Position numbers and translations under genes: made by a program. A stretch of 33,122 nucleotides of DNA from Parcubacteria group bacterium CG11_big_fil_rev_8_21_14_0_20_39_14 (GTDB taxonomy: Bacteria; Patescibacteriota; Minisyncoccia; Minisyncoccales; GCA-002787255): assembly GCA_002787255.1 (NCBI GenBank), contig PCWD01000012.1, positions 8,425 to 41,546 on the forward strand, given 5' to 3'. A model generated the notes under the pieces. That model saw only the letters and a program-made list of their open reading frames with translations. It did no database searches and was not told the DNA's origin. Positions 7,550 through 15,533 of this stretch are shown here, piece after piece (positions within the stretch are counted from its first letter, which is position 1; each line of letters starts with the position of its first letter).

Positions 7550-8671
7550 ATGACAGAAGAAATTAAAGAAGACAAAAAAATAAAAATAAGGGGATTGTTT
7601 ACAAAATCCTTCATTCCTTTCGTTCCAAAAGCCGGCGATATAATTGAGGGAAAAATAATTGAAAAAAGCGCAAAATCGCTCTATTTGGATTTTGGAGACA
7701 TTGGAATTGGAACAATATCCGGAGATGAGTGCAAAGAAGCTGGTCAGGGTTTTAAAGAATTAAAAGTCGGGGATACTATTTTTGCCAAAATTATTAATTT
7801 GGAAAGTCCAAAAGGTTATGTGGAGCTTTCTTTAAAGCAAGCCGGGAAAGACTTAAACTGGCTTAAGCTTCAGGAAAAAATGCAAAAAAAGGAGCTCATT
7901 GAGGTAAAAATTTCTGAAGCCAACAGGGGAGGGTTAGTTGCTGAAATCTATGACATCCCCGCTTTTTTGCCGGTATCTCAACTATCCCCTGAGCATTATC
8001 CAAGGGTTAAAGACGGTGATAAAGAAAAAATCTTTGAGGAGCTTAAAAAGTTTCTAGGAAAAAATATGCAAGTTCAAATAATAGATGTGGAGCCAAAAGA
8101 AGGAAGATTGATAATTTCAGAAAAGGTCGAAGCCCAAGAAAGGCTTAAAGAAATTTTAAAGAAATACAAGACCGGAGATATAGTTGAGGGAGAAATTGGC
8201 AGCATTGTTGATTTCGGTGTCTTTGTAAAATTTCCCGCAGACTCGCCGGAAGAAAAAAAACTTGAAGGGCTTGTTCATATCTCAGAATTGGATTACAAAT
8301 TAGTCAAAAACCCTCAAGATATTGTGAAAATCGGTGAGCGCGTTCAAGTAAAAATTATTAACATTGAAAATGCAAAAATCTCTCTCTCTTTGAAAGCCTT
8401 AAAAGAAGATCCCTGGAAATCCATAGAAGAAAAATATAAAAAGGGTGATATAGTTTTGGGCAAGGTTATTAAATTTAGTCCTTTTGGCGCCTTTGTTGAA
8501 CTTCCCGGCAATATTCAGGGACTTTTGCACATTTCCGAATTTGGCTCAGAAAGAAAGATGAAAGAGCTAATAGAAATTGGGAAAGAATATAAATTTAAGA
8601 TTTTATTGGTTGATGCGGATAGACGCAGAATAGCTTTAGGCCTATCTTCGGATATACCAACGAAGGAATAA
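7550..8671 (+). CDS. rpsA: 30S ribosomal protein S1 (short, four S1/OB repeats)
   Basis: 373 aa with four repeats of the S1 pattern (GD.V.G.V....GAFV.L.....GL.HISE). An AAAGGA SD precedes the ATG. Confidence 0.88.
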   Translation: MTEEIKEDKKIKIRGLFTKSFIPFVPKAGDIIEGKIIEKSAKSLYLDFGDIGIGTISGDECKEAGQGFKELKVGDTIFAKIINLESPKGYVELSLKQAGKDLNWLKLQEKMQKKELIEVKISEANRGGLVAEIYDIPAFLPVSQLSPEHYPRVKDGDKEKIFEELKKFLGKNMQVQIIDVEPKEGRLIISEKVEAQERLKEILKKYKTGDIVEGEIGSIVDFGVFVKFPADSPEEKKLEGLVHISELDYKLVKNPQDIVKIGERVQVKIINIENAKISLSLKALKEDPWKSIEEKYKKGDIVLGKVIKFSPFGAFVELPGNIQGLLHISEFGSERKMKELIEIGKEYKFKILLVDADRRRIALGLSSDIPTKE

Positions 8672-8677
8672 CAATAA

Positions 8678-8754
8678 GTTTCTATAAGTTTTGCGAAGCA
8701 AATTTCCATTAACTTCAGAAACTTATAGAAATTTGTAGAAACTAATAGAAATTA
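8678..8754. repeat. Intergenic 'TTTCTATAAATTTC' word cassette, copy c, ending 3 nt before the GTG start of 8758..9786
   Basis: 8718-8754 matches 2735-2771 at 36/37. gtttctataagtttt, gcgaagc and aaatttccatta are present in shuffled order relative to copy b. Confidence 0.8.
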
Positions 8755-8757
8755 ATT

Positions 8758-9786
8758 GTGAGAAACGCACAAGAAGAAATAGATTTAAAAACAATTGTTT
8801 GGTTTGATATTTTTAACTGGCCGCTTACTTTAGCCGAAATCAAAAAGTATTCAAATCTTCCGCCAGACATGCTGACGTCCGCCTGCAACGTTTTGCGTAG
8901 CACTGAGGCCGGGCAAGTCATGCAGGCTGGCATCCTATCCGTTGGGGAATCAAGACAAAATAAAGCCATTGAAAATTCTGATGGTTTTTATTTTTTAAAA
9001 GGACGAAAAGAAATTATCCGCCAGAGAATTCTTCGGCAAAAAATTGCCGTCAGAAAAATAAAAATAGCAAAAAAAGCAACTAAAATTTTAAGTTTCATTC
9101 CCTTTGTTAAAATGGCGGCTGTTTGCAACGACTTGGCTTATTTTAATGCGCCAAGCGAAAGCGATATTGATTTTTTTATTATTGTAAGAAGGGGAAGAAT
9201 TTGGCTTACAAGGTTTCTTGCAACCCTGACCCTTTTTATTTTGGGTCTTTGGAGACACGGGGAAAAAATAAAAGACAGAATTTGTTTGAGTTTTTTTATC
9301 ACCGATGACAATTTGAATCTAAAAAAGTTTGCCTATATAGAGGATACTTATTTAAAATATTGGGTTTTACAAATTCGGCCGCTATTTGACAGGGCTGGGG
9401 CATATCAAAATTTTCTCAAAGAGAATTATTGGGTTCTAAAAGATTTTCCAAATTTTTTTTCAAACATTTCCTCACCGAAAATAAAAATTCGGCGAAACTC
9501 TTTGCAGTTGAGCTTTGAGAAAATCTTAGGCGGCAGGTTTGGCAATTTTTTAGAAAAGTTTTTTAAAAAAATTCAATTAAGGACAATGAAGAAAAAGAGA
9601 CCTGTTTATATCGCTCCTGCCGCAACTTCGCGGATGTTGGCGGGCGCGGGCAGGAAAGACGTCATAATTTCTGACAAAATACTGAAATTTCACGAAAAAG
9701 ACCGCCGAAAACATTTTCAAAGAGTATTTAAAGAAAGATTAAAAGAAGTTTGCAAAAACAATAACAGTTTCGTCAGGGGTGGTTAA
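8758..9786 (+). CDS. Hypothetical protein, possible nucleotidyltransferase-fold core
   Basis: 342 aa with a GTG start. AVCNDLAYFNAPSESDIDFFIIV resembles the (G/S)-x(9-13)-D-x-D strand-turn of pol-beta-type NTases, judged by eye only. It contains two GC-rich in-frame islands. Confidence 0.45.
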   Translation: MRNAQEEIDLKTIVWFDIFNWPLTLAEIKKYSNLPPDMLTSACNVLRSTEAGQVMQAGILSVGESRQNKAIENSDGFYFLKGRKEIIRQRILRQKIAVRKIKIAKKATKILSFIPFVKMAAVCNDLAYFNAPSESDIDFFIIVRRGRIWLTRFLATLTLFILGLWRHGEKIKDRICLSFFITDDNLNLKKFAYIEDTYLKYWVLQIRPLFDRAGAYQNFLKENYWVLKDFPNFFSNISSPKIKIRRNSLQLSFEKILGGRFGNFLEKFFKKIQLRTMKKKRPVYIAPAATSRMLAGAGRKDVIISDKILKFHEKDRRKHFQRVFKERLKEVCKNNNSFVRGG

Positions 9787-9817
9787 AATGACAAACAGCC
9801 TTTGGCCAGTGAAGAAT

Positions 9818-9841
9818 ATGAGACACATCGGTAACACCCCC
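9818..9841 (+). repeat. Partial copy (one arm) of the ATGAGATACATCTGTGACACCC hairpin element
   Basis: atgagacacatcggtaacaccccc versus atgagatacatctgtgacaccc at 29325-29346 and (inverted) 13083-13104. The similarity to the 13003-13110 copy continues for about 25 further nt. Confidence 0.55.
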
Positions 9842-9880
9842 AAGTGGAAAAATGGTGTCGGAAAGAAAAATGGTACACGT

Positions 9881-9916
9881 CCCTATTTTCGTCCCTATTT
9901 TCGCTATTTTCGTCCC
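9881..9916. repeat. Three tandem copies of a ~12-nt unit CCCTATTTTCGT
   Basis: ccctattttcgt / ccctattttcg / ctattttcgt read directly, in the convergent 3' gap between 8758..9786 and ftsH. Confidence 0.7.
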
Positions 9917-9990
9917 CCCGTGTTTATATAGAAAACAAGGAAAATCGTCCACTACTGCCTGCAAAAATTTGACAAGAATTACGAAGAATT

Positions 9991-12009
9991 TTACAACAAA
10001 AACAAAGAAAGAGCCCCTAAGGGCTCTTTAATTTCTTTTAGTATTGTTTCCATTTCTTCGCCATTTAAAGTCTCTTTTTTCTTTAGCTCCTGAGCCGATT
10101 TCTCTAAGTATTGGCGGTAATCTTCAAGTATTTTTTTAGTCTCGTTATAACAATTAGTTAGTATTTCCCTGATTGCCGAATCTACGTCTTTGGCTGTTTT
10201 TTCTGAATAATTTCTTTTACGGAATGTTTTCCCAAGATAAGGGGACCCTTCAATTAATCCGAGTGTCCGTGGTCCTAATATATCGCTTGCCATTCCAAAA
10301 TCGCAGATCATTTCTTCCACGATTTTAGTAACTTGCTGAAGATCTTCTTTTGCCCCCGTGCTTATTTCATCCGATCCGTAAATTATTTCCTCAGCAGCCC
10401 TGCCGCCAAACAACACTTTTATTCTGGTTAAAAAATCTTTTTTAGTATAATAATATTTGTCTTCTTTTTGAGGTGCCTTGGTAAATCCGCCAACTCCTTT
10501 TGTCGTGGGAATAATGCTAATTTTTTGAGGGAAACCGCCGCAACCGGCAAATTTCATCATAATACCATGACCCATTTCGTGGTAAGCGGCTCTTATCTTG
10601 TCTTCCTCTCTCATTATTGTGCTTTTTCTTTCCGACCCAACCAAAACTTTTTCAATTGCCATCTCAAAATCATCAATTTCTATACTTCTTTTTTTGAGCC
10701 TTACCGCTCTGATGCTCGCTTCATTTGCGACATTGGCTAAATCTGCTCTCGAGAAGCCCAAGGGCGTAAGTTCGGCTACTTTTTCCAAATCTGTTTCAGG
10801 ACTTAATGGTTTATTCCGACAATGAACCGATAGTATCTCTTTCCTCCCCTTCAGATCTGGGAAGGGGACTATTATTTCCCGGTCAAATCTCCCCGGTCGT
10901 CTTATCGCCGGATCCATGACTTCTGGGCGATTGGTGGCTCCAATGACAAAAATCTTTTCATTTGGCTGGAATCCATCCATCTCAGTCAATACCTGAGTTA
11001 TGGTGCGGCTGTCTTCTTTATCTTCCCACTGCGAATCTATACCCCGACTTCCCAAAGAATCTATCTCATCAATGAAGAGAATGGCTGCAGTACCATTGGC
11101 TTTGGCCATATTTCTTACTTCCTGGAATACAGCTCTTACCGAGGTTGCTCCACTAGCTCGCCAAACAGTAACAAATTCCGATGGAACAACCGCTTTGAAT
11201 GGAATTTTTGCCTCCTCGGCTAAGGCTTTTGCTAAAAGCGTTTTTCCGCATCCCGGTGGTCCGACAAAAAGAAACCCTTTGGGAGTTCTGGCGCCATACC
11301 GGGCGAATTCCTCAGAAAATTTTATGAAGTCTAAAATTTCCAGTACCTCAGCTTTTGCTTCATCAATGCCAGCTATGTTGTCAAAAGTTGTCTTTTGTTT
11401 TGCGGCAATGGCGGCCTTAGCGGCTTCATCTCTTTTTCTTCCGATATTAGAATTCGAAATAGCCACAAAAAGAGGGAAGGGGAAAATAAGAATTGCAGAG
11501 CCAATCATGAATCCCCACTTTCCAAAAAAATTACTTTCTTCGATTCTCAAAATGTCCAATTCCCAATACTTTATATTGTACTCGTGCAGCATTTTAGCAA
11601 AATCCCCCGGGTTTAATAAAGAAGGGGGTGGATCGCCAATAAAGAGAGTTCCATTTTTAAGCCAACCCAGAATATAGCTTTGTTCCGTTGCTTCTTTGAA
11701 CCAATTTTTAATTCTTCCAAAGAAACCTGATTGCCTGAACGTCTTTTTGTTGGAAACGATTACAGCGCCATCCACTTCACCATTTTTTCCCTGACTAACG
11801 AATTCGGTAAAGGTGAATTTGAAAATTTCTATTTTTTGGGTGGTGGAAATCTCACCATTTCTTGACTGCATTAAAATTACTATTTGATTGCTCTCGAAGT
11901 TTTTCACCTCTTTGCCATCGGCAACATATTTTAGACTTATGCCCCCAACAAGTCCTTTTTCCACCTGTTTCGCAAAGTTATCAAATTTTATTTCAGGATA
12001 AATTTTCAT
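9991..12009 (-). CDS. ftsH: ATP-dependent zinc metalloprotease FtsH (ORF lacking TM1; see 12031..12177)
   Basis: 672 aa with Walker A GPPGCGKT, Walker B ILFIDEID, SRH ATNRPEVMDPAIRRPGRFD and the zinc site HEMGH. It has a single TM (WGFMIGSAILIFPFPLFVAI) after a ~160-aa ectodomain-like N-terminus. Confidence 0.95.
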   Translation of the reverse strand: MKIYPEIKFDNFAKQVEKGLVGGISLKYVADGKEVKNFESNQIVILMQSRNGEISTTQKIEIFKFTFTEFVSQGKNGEVDGAVIVSNKKTFRQSGFFGRIKNWFKEATEQSYILGWLKNGTLFIGDPPPSLLNPGDFAKMLHEYNIKYWELDILRIEESNFFGKWGFMIGSAILIFPFPLFVAISNSNIGRKRDEAAKAAIAAKQKTTFDNIAGIDEAKAEVLEILDFIKFSEEFARYGARTPKGFLFVGPPGCGKTLLAKALAEEAKIPFKAVVPSEFVTVWRASGATSVRAVFQEVRNMAKANGTAAILFIDEIDSLGSRGIDSQWEDKEDSRTITQVLTEMDGFQPNEKIFVIGATNRPEVMDPAIRRPGRFDREIIVPFPDLKGRKEILSVHCRNKPLSPETDLEKVAELTPLGFSRADLANVANEASIRAVRLKKRSIEIDDFEMAIEKVLVGSERKSTIMREEDKIRAAYHEMGHGIMMKFAGCGGFPQKISIIPTTKGVGGFTKAPQKEDKYYYTKKDFLTRIKVLFGGRAAEEIIYGSDEISTGAKEDLQQVTKIVEEMICDFGMASDILGPRTLGLIEGSPYLGKTFRKRNYSEKTAKDVDSAIREILTNCYNETKKILEDYRQYLEKSAQELKKKETLNGEEMETILKEIKEPLGALSLFLL

Positions 12010-12030
12010 TGCAGAAGCAGTGACAGCTTT

Positions 12031-12177
12031 CTACGATGCGATGCTCCCAAGGATAATAAAGATAGATAGCCAGCATATCAAAACAACCTTCAGTTTCTTG
12101 TATTTCCATATTTCGTTTATTCCCCGTAAGGTTAAAGCATCTTTGATTTTCTTTATCACAAAACAGGTTTTTTTCAT
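12031..12177 (-). CDS. FtsH N-terminal segment (cytoplasmic tip + TM1), in frame with ftsH but separated from it by TAG 12031-12033
   Basis: 48 codons, MKKTCFVIKKIKDALTLRGINEIWKYKKLKVVLICWLSIFIILGSIAS. GAGGG lies 5 nt upstream of the ATG. After the TAG, 7 sense codons (KAVTASA) lead straight into the ftsH ATG at 12009 in the same frame. Confidence 0.6.
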   Translation of the reverse strand: MKKTCFVIKKIKDALTLRGINEIWKYKKLKVVLICWLSIFIILGSIAS

Positions 12178-12226
12178 TTCATCCCTCGTTTTCCATATTG
12201 TTTGATACAAAGAACACTTCTTTTAT

Positions 12227-12255
12227 TTAATAAGATTTTTTTGTTTCAAAGTCAA
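12227..12255 (-). promoter_or_regulatory. Possible sigma-70-type promoter for the ftsH locus
   Basis: On the minus strand: TTGACT (rc of 12250-12255), 17 nt, TATTAA (rc of 12227-12232), about 50 nt upstream of ATG 12177. Confidence 0.3.
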
Positions 12256-12271
12256 GGATTTGAAGTTTCAG

Positions 12272-13010
12272 TGTCAAGTACCCATTTTTTAGACAGATTG
12301 TCTATCCGCGATTTCCCGGATTAATGGGTTATTAAATTCGACCTTGTTAATTAATTTTGAAAAAGCAATTCGTTGGGCAAAGACAGCCGGCGGGCACTTC
12401 AAGGCAGTATGAATCCTCTGGTTGTTGTAGTAATGAATTTGCTGGGCTATGGCTTCAATCAATTCTCCTAAGGTCGGATAACATTCTGGATGACCCAGCT
12501 CCAGTTAAAACCGGAGTAAAATGATTCCTTGTGGCCGTTCTGCCAGGGGCTGGCTTTCTCTGACATTGATGGCTGGACATTAAAACTTTTAAGAAGATTG
12601 AGATATATCTGGCTGCGGTATTCTGAACCCTGGTCTGAATGGCTGATCCCTGGAGCCGGATAATGTTTTAAAGCGTTTAACAGGGCCTGAGCAACTAAAT
12701 CAGTATTATGTCTTACTGAAACTTCCCAGCCGACAACCTGTCTGGTAAGGATATCTTCCAAAGTGGCCAGATAAACGAATCTTCCATAGTAGGGCAAATA
12801 GGTAAAGTCAGAAACCCAAACTTGATTTGGAGCGTCAATGATTATTCCTTGAACTAAATTGGGAATAGCCATTGGCGCTTGACCGAGATCCTCTGGTTTA
12901 TCCGGCTTCTTCCTTCTTCTTTTTGGTTTTAAGCCAAAGAGCTTCATAACTCTCAACACTCTTTTCTTGTTGATCCTTAGCTCTTGGGGCAAAAGATATC
13001 TTTTAAACAT
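12272..13010 (-). mobile_element. IS3-family insertion sequence relic (5'-truncated, no orfA)
   Basis: It contains only an orfB (rve) fragment. On the transposase strand the element ends ...AATGGGTACTTGACA-3' at 12272, the IS3-type ...CA terminus, 17 nt after the orfB stop. Confidence 0.65.
12289..13010 (-). pseudogene. IS3-family transposase OrfB (DDE/rve integrase core), N-terminally truncated and frameshifted
   Basis: The first frame gives ...INKKRVLRVMKLFGL...VWVSDFTYL...HSDQGSEYRS...SPWQNGHKESFYSGF. It then continues in another frame as KLELGHPECYPTLGELIEAIAQQIHYYNNQRIHTALK... to the stop at 12289-12291. A 1-nt loss lies near 12508-12512 (ggttttaactgg). Confidence 0.85.
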
Positions 13011-13110
13011 AAATGAGATACATTGGTTAATGAATTTTGTGACCTTTCATCCCTAATTTTACCATGTTTTGGCATCTTAGGGGTGTCACAGATGTATCTC
13101 ATCTTACGCA
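13003..13110 (-). repeat. Hairpin (MITE-like) element, copy B, abutting the truncated 5' end of the IS3 transposase fragment
   Basis: rc of 13084-13110 is TGCGTAAGATGAGATACATCTGTGACA, 24/27 to the left arm at 29316-29342. The opposite arm at 13011-13044 (aaatgagatacat...tgtgacc) is interrupted by about 11 nt. The spacer shares GGTAAAAT with copy C. Confidence 0.6.
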
Positions 13111-13216
13111 GGGAAACAAGGGCGCATGCGCGCGCAAGAAAATATATTTGACCTTTTTTGATTTATGAGATATTGTTTTAAAAAGACCTGGTTTTTTGAA
13201 AACTAAATAGGGGAAA

Positions 13217-14494
13217 ATGATGCCGTATTTTTGGTCAGATTTGATAGTTAAAGAAAACGGGGTGGAAAAGCTAACTCAATCTTTGGGGAGGGAATTATTA
13301 TCCTTGGTTCAGAAAGAAGCAAATTCAATCTGGAAGCCGTTTTATTGGAAACAGCTTCCCTTGGTCTGGCTTGGCAAAAACGAAATTTTACGGGAGCGGC
13401 TGCTGGAATTCATTAGCGATTATTCTACTTTGAGTTCCCGGGAGGAAAAACTGAAGCATTTTAAAACTTGTTTTTTTGCTTCTCCCCGCAATGAACTCTT
13501 TGCCATTTTAAAGTTTATTTTCCTGCTTGAAAAACTGCCTTTTTTGAAGAATGCCCCTGTTTTTATTATTGATTCATCAGTCAGGGAAGCGAGCAAGCAT
13601 TTCATTGTCGGCAATTCGGAAAGAGAAATTCTTAAAACCGTTAAGAAATTGGAAAAAGAGGGAGCTTCGGGAAATTTTGATATTTTGGGCGAGGAGGTTT
13701 TAAATGAAGTAAAAGCAGATGCGAATTTGAAAGAATATTTGTCTTTGCTCAAAATCACAAATGTTGAAGTTTCCTTAAAGCCCTCGGCCCTTAACTATAA
13801 TCTTGTAAGATTAAGAGACGTTTTCAGAGCGGGTCACTGCGGGGTAACAATAGACATAGAGCAATACAACTCGCGCGATTTGATTTTTGAAATGTTTAAG
13901 AAAGTTTTAGATGAAGATGAATTCAAAGACAACAAGCAGGCGGGAATTGCTTTTCAAACTTATCTTAAGGATTGGGAAGATTCTCTAATAGAATTGCTTA
14001 ATTGGGTCAAGAGAAGAAAATCTCCGATAAAAATTCGTTTGGTTAAAGGAGCTTATTGGGACAGCGAAGTAAATAACGCTTTGAAAGAAGGTCGGCCAAT
14101 TCCGGTTTTTACCAAAAAACGGCAGACTGATTTGGCTTTTGAAAGAGCTTGCCAGCTCTTGATGGAAAATCATAACATTGTAAGAATAGCTGTCGCCAGT
14201 CATAATGTTCGCTCGGTTGCTAAAGCCATGGCATTGGCTAATGTTTTAAATATTCCCAAGGAGGAAATAGAATTTCAGGTGCTTTATGGAATGGGGCATC
14301 CTTTAATGAAGGGGATTGTAAAGATGGGGTATTCTGTTAAGGTTTATGTGCCGGTAGGCGAGCTAATTACCGGAATGAGTTTTTTGGTCAGACGAATAAT
14401 TGAAAATACTTCCCAAGGCTCTTTTGTTTTTCAGAGTTTTGGCAGCAAAGCTTCGGTTGAAGAATTGTTAAAAAATCCAGTTGAGGAGGTGTAA
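13217..14494 (+). CDS. Proline dehydrogenase family protein (stand-alone PRODH domain)
   Basis: 425 aa. The C-terminal ~270 aa carry PRODH-barrel-like blocks (LVKGAYWDSE, FQVLYGMG, VYVPVGELITGMSFLVRRIIENTS). An AGGGGA SD precedes the start. Confidence 0.75.
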   Translation: MMPYFWSDLIVKENGVEKLTQSLGRELLSLVQKEANSIWKPFYWKQLPLVWLGKNEILRERLLEFISDYSTLSSREEKLKHFKTCFFASPRNELFAILKFIFLLEKLPFLKNAPVFIIDSSVREASKHFIVGNSEREILKTVKKLEKEGASGNFDILGEEVLNEVKADANLKEYLSLLKITNVEVSLKPSALNYNLVRLRDVFRAGHCGVTIDIEQYNSRDLIFEMFKKVLDEDEFKDNKQAGIAFQTYLKDWEDSLIELLNWVKRRKSPIKIRLVKGAYWDSEVNNALKEGRPIPVFTKKRQTDLAFERACQLLMENHNIVRIAVASHNVRSVAKAMALANVLNIPKEEIEFQVLYGMGHPLMKGIVKMGYSVKVYVPVGELITGMSFLVRRIIENTSQGSFVFQSFGSKASVEELLKNPVEEV

Positions 14495-14496
14495 AA

Positions 14497-15252
14497 GTGA
14501 AGAAGAAAAAGGTTGTTAATGTTATTGGGGGACTCTTTATATTCGGATTGATTTTAGCTACTTATTTGCTTGGGGGAATTGGCATAAATAATCTTAGTCA
14601 AATAGGTTTTTGTTATTTAGAAGGAGGCAGCGGATATATTGATACCTCCAGTCTTAATTTGATGGCCGGAACATTAACTTATACACAGATGCCTTTTTAT
14701 CATGACGCCAAAATGGCCGCTTTAAGCGGGAGTTTGGCAGCCGGATTTTTGTTTCTTATTTTATGGGCAATTGTCGCCTGTTGCGGAAACCCTAAAAGGC
14801 TTTTGACAAAGAAGGTAGAGTTTTCTTTATTCAGTTTGGGGTTTGCTCAATTTTTCTACGGTTTCGGGGCGCTCGGTTTATTGCTTAGCGGATTTGCCGA
14901 AATAGCTCCGCCTGGCGCTTCAATTTTGGCATTAGAATTGGGTTTGGTTTCGGGAATTATTTATTACAGAAAGGAAATTAAATCTTTATTCAAAGTTGTT
15001 GATTTAAAGACAGGGGAAGCAAAAGAAATAATATTGCCGCGCAAGATGCCCATTCCGCCTGTTGTCGAAAAAAAGCAAAGAATTTCATCCAGGACAGAAA
15101 GAATTCTTTGCGTGAAATGCGGCAAGCCGATTCCCAAAAAATACAATTTTTGCGGATATTGCGGAACTCCAAAAACAGGAAGCGGAAAAGTTCTTGCAGG
15201 GAGTTGTCTCAAAGAGACCATAACTTTTGCGGAAATTGCGGTATTCCAGTAA
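14497..15252 (+). CDS. Multi-pass membrane protein with C-terminal zinc-ribbon
   Basis: 251 aa with a GTG start 9 nt after GAGGAGG. It has about 5 hydrophobic helices and a cytoplasmic tail with CVKCGKPIPKKYNFCGYCG (CxxC-x10-CxxC). Confidence 0.7.
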   Translation: MKKKKVVNVIGGLFIFGLILATYLLGGIGINNLSQIGFCYLEGGSGYIDTSSLNLMAGTLTYTQMPFYHDAKMAALSGSLAAGFLFLILWAIVACCGNPKRLLTKKVEFSLFSLGFAQFFYGFGALGLLLSGFAEIAPPGASILALELGLVSGIIYYRKEIKSLFKVVDLKTGEAKEIILPRKMPIPPVVEKKQRISSRTERILCVKCGKPIPKKYNFCGYCGTPKTGSGKVLAGSCLKETITFAEIAVFQ

Positions 15253-15463
15253 ACAGACCCTAAACCAGTGAAATGGTTAAAATAATTCCTCTCACCCGGC
15301 CCCGCTATCGGGGAAAATCCAAAATCCCATCCCAAGGTCCGCAATGGCGGAAAAATCCAATTTTTCCCAAATTGTAAATTAACATTAAAAGGTCGAAAAT
15401 TCAACCATTCTTTTAGCCGTTCAGTCGGTCATTCAGTTGCACTTGCAAATTGAATGTAGTTTC

Positions 15464-15499
15464 ACCCGCCACAAGTTTGCTTCGCAAATTTGGGCGGGT
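15464..15499 (+). promoter_or_regulatory. 16-bp stem-loop 35 nt upstream of 15534..15872
   Basis: acccgcc-a-caagtttgc / ttc / gcaaatttg-ggcgggt, with one bulge and one G-T pair. No clear U-tract follows, so the role (terminator or leader structure) is open. Confidence 0.3.
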
Positions 15500-15533
15500 T
15501 CGTTTCGCAAAGAAAATCTAATGGAGGTGAAAA

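Noticed and set aside
7429-7614. 61-aa minus-strand ORF across the rpsA start.
   Set aside because: It overlaps the rpsA SD and start and the TCTGTGT/ACACAGA word array. Its translation simply reflects the repeats.
9881-9916. CRISPR-like array (also considered for 22351-22395 and the word arrays).
   Set aside because: The units are 9-12 nt and directly tandem, without spacers. No cas genes are present.
11000-11677. 225-aa plus-strand ORF inside ftsH. Similar antisense ORFs: 10468..10740, 10598..10825, 11395..11616; 3834..4124, 4428..4688, 5461..5757 in gyrA; 20596..21092 opposite the ATPase operon; 23126..23510 in the GT35 gene; 31107..31484 in ald.
   Set aside because: All lie antisense to genes with unmistakable conserved motifs. 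Their translations are low-complexity (S/L/F/K-rich) and they lack SD sequences. These are typical shadow ORFs.
12031-12033. Genome-wide reassignment of TAG to a sense codon as the explanation for the ftsH interruption.
   Set aside because: TAG terminates the SBP gene (1325-1327), 18452..19489 and the GT35 gene at positions where the proteins look complete.
12020-12205. 61-aa plus-strand ORF in the ftsH upstream region.
   Set aside because: It is antisense to the in-frame FtsH TM1 segment, which has an SD and a biologically sensible product.
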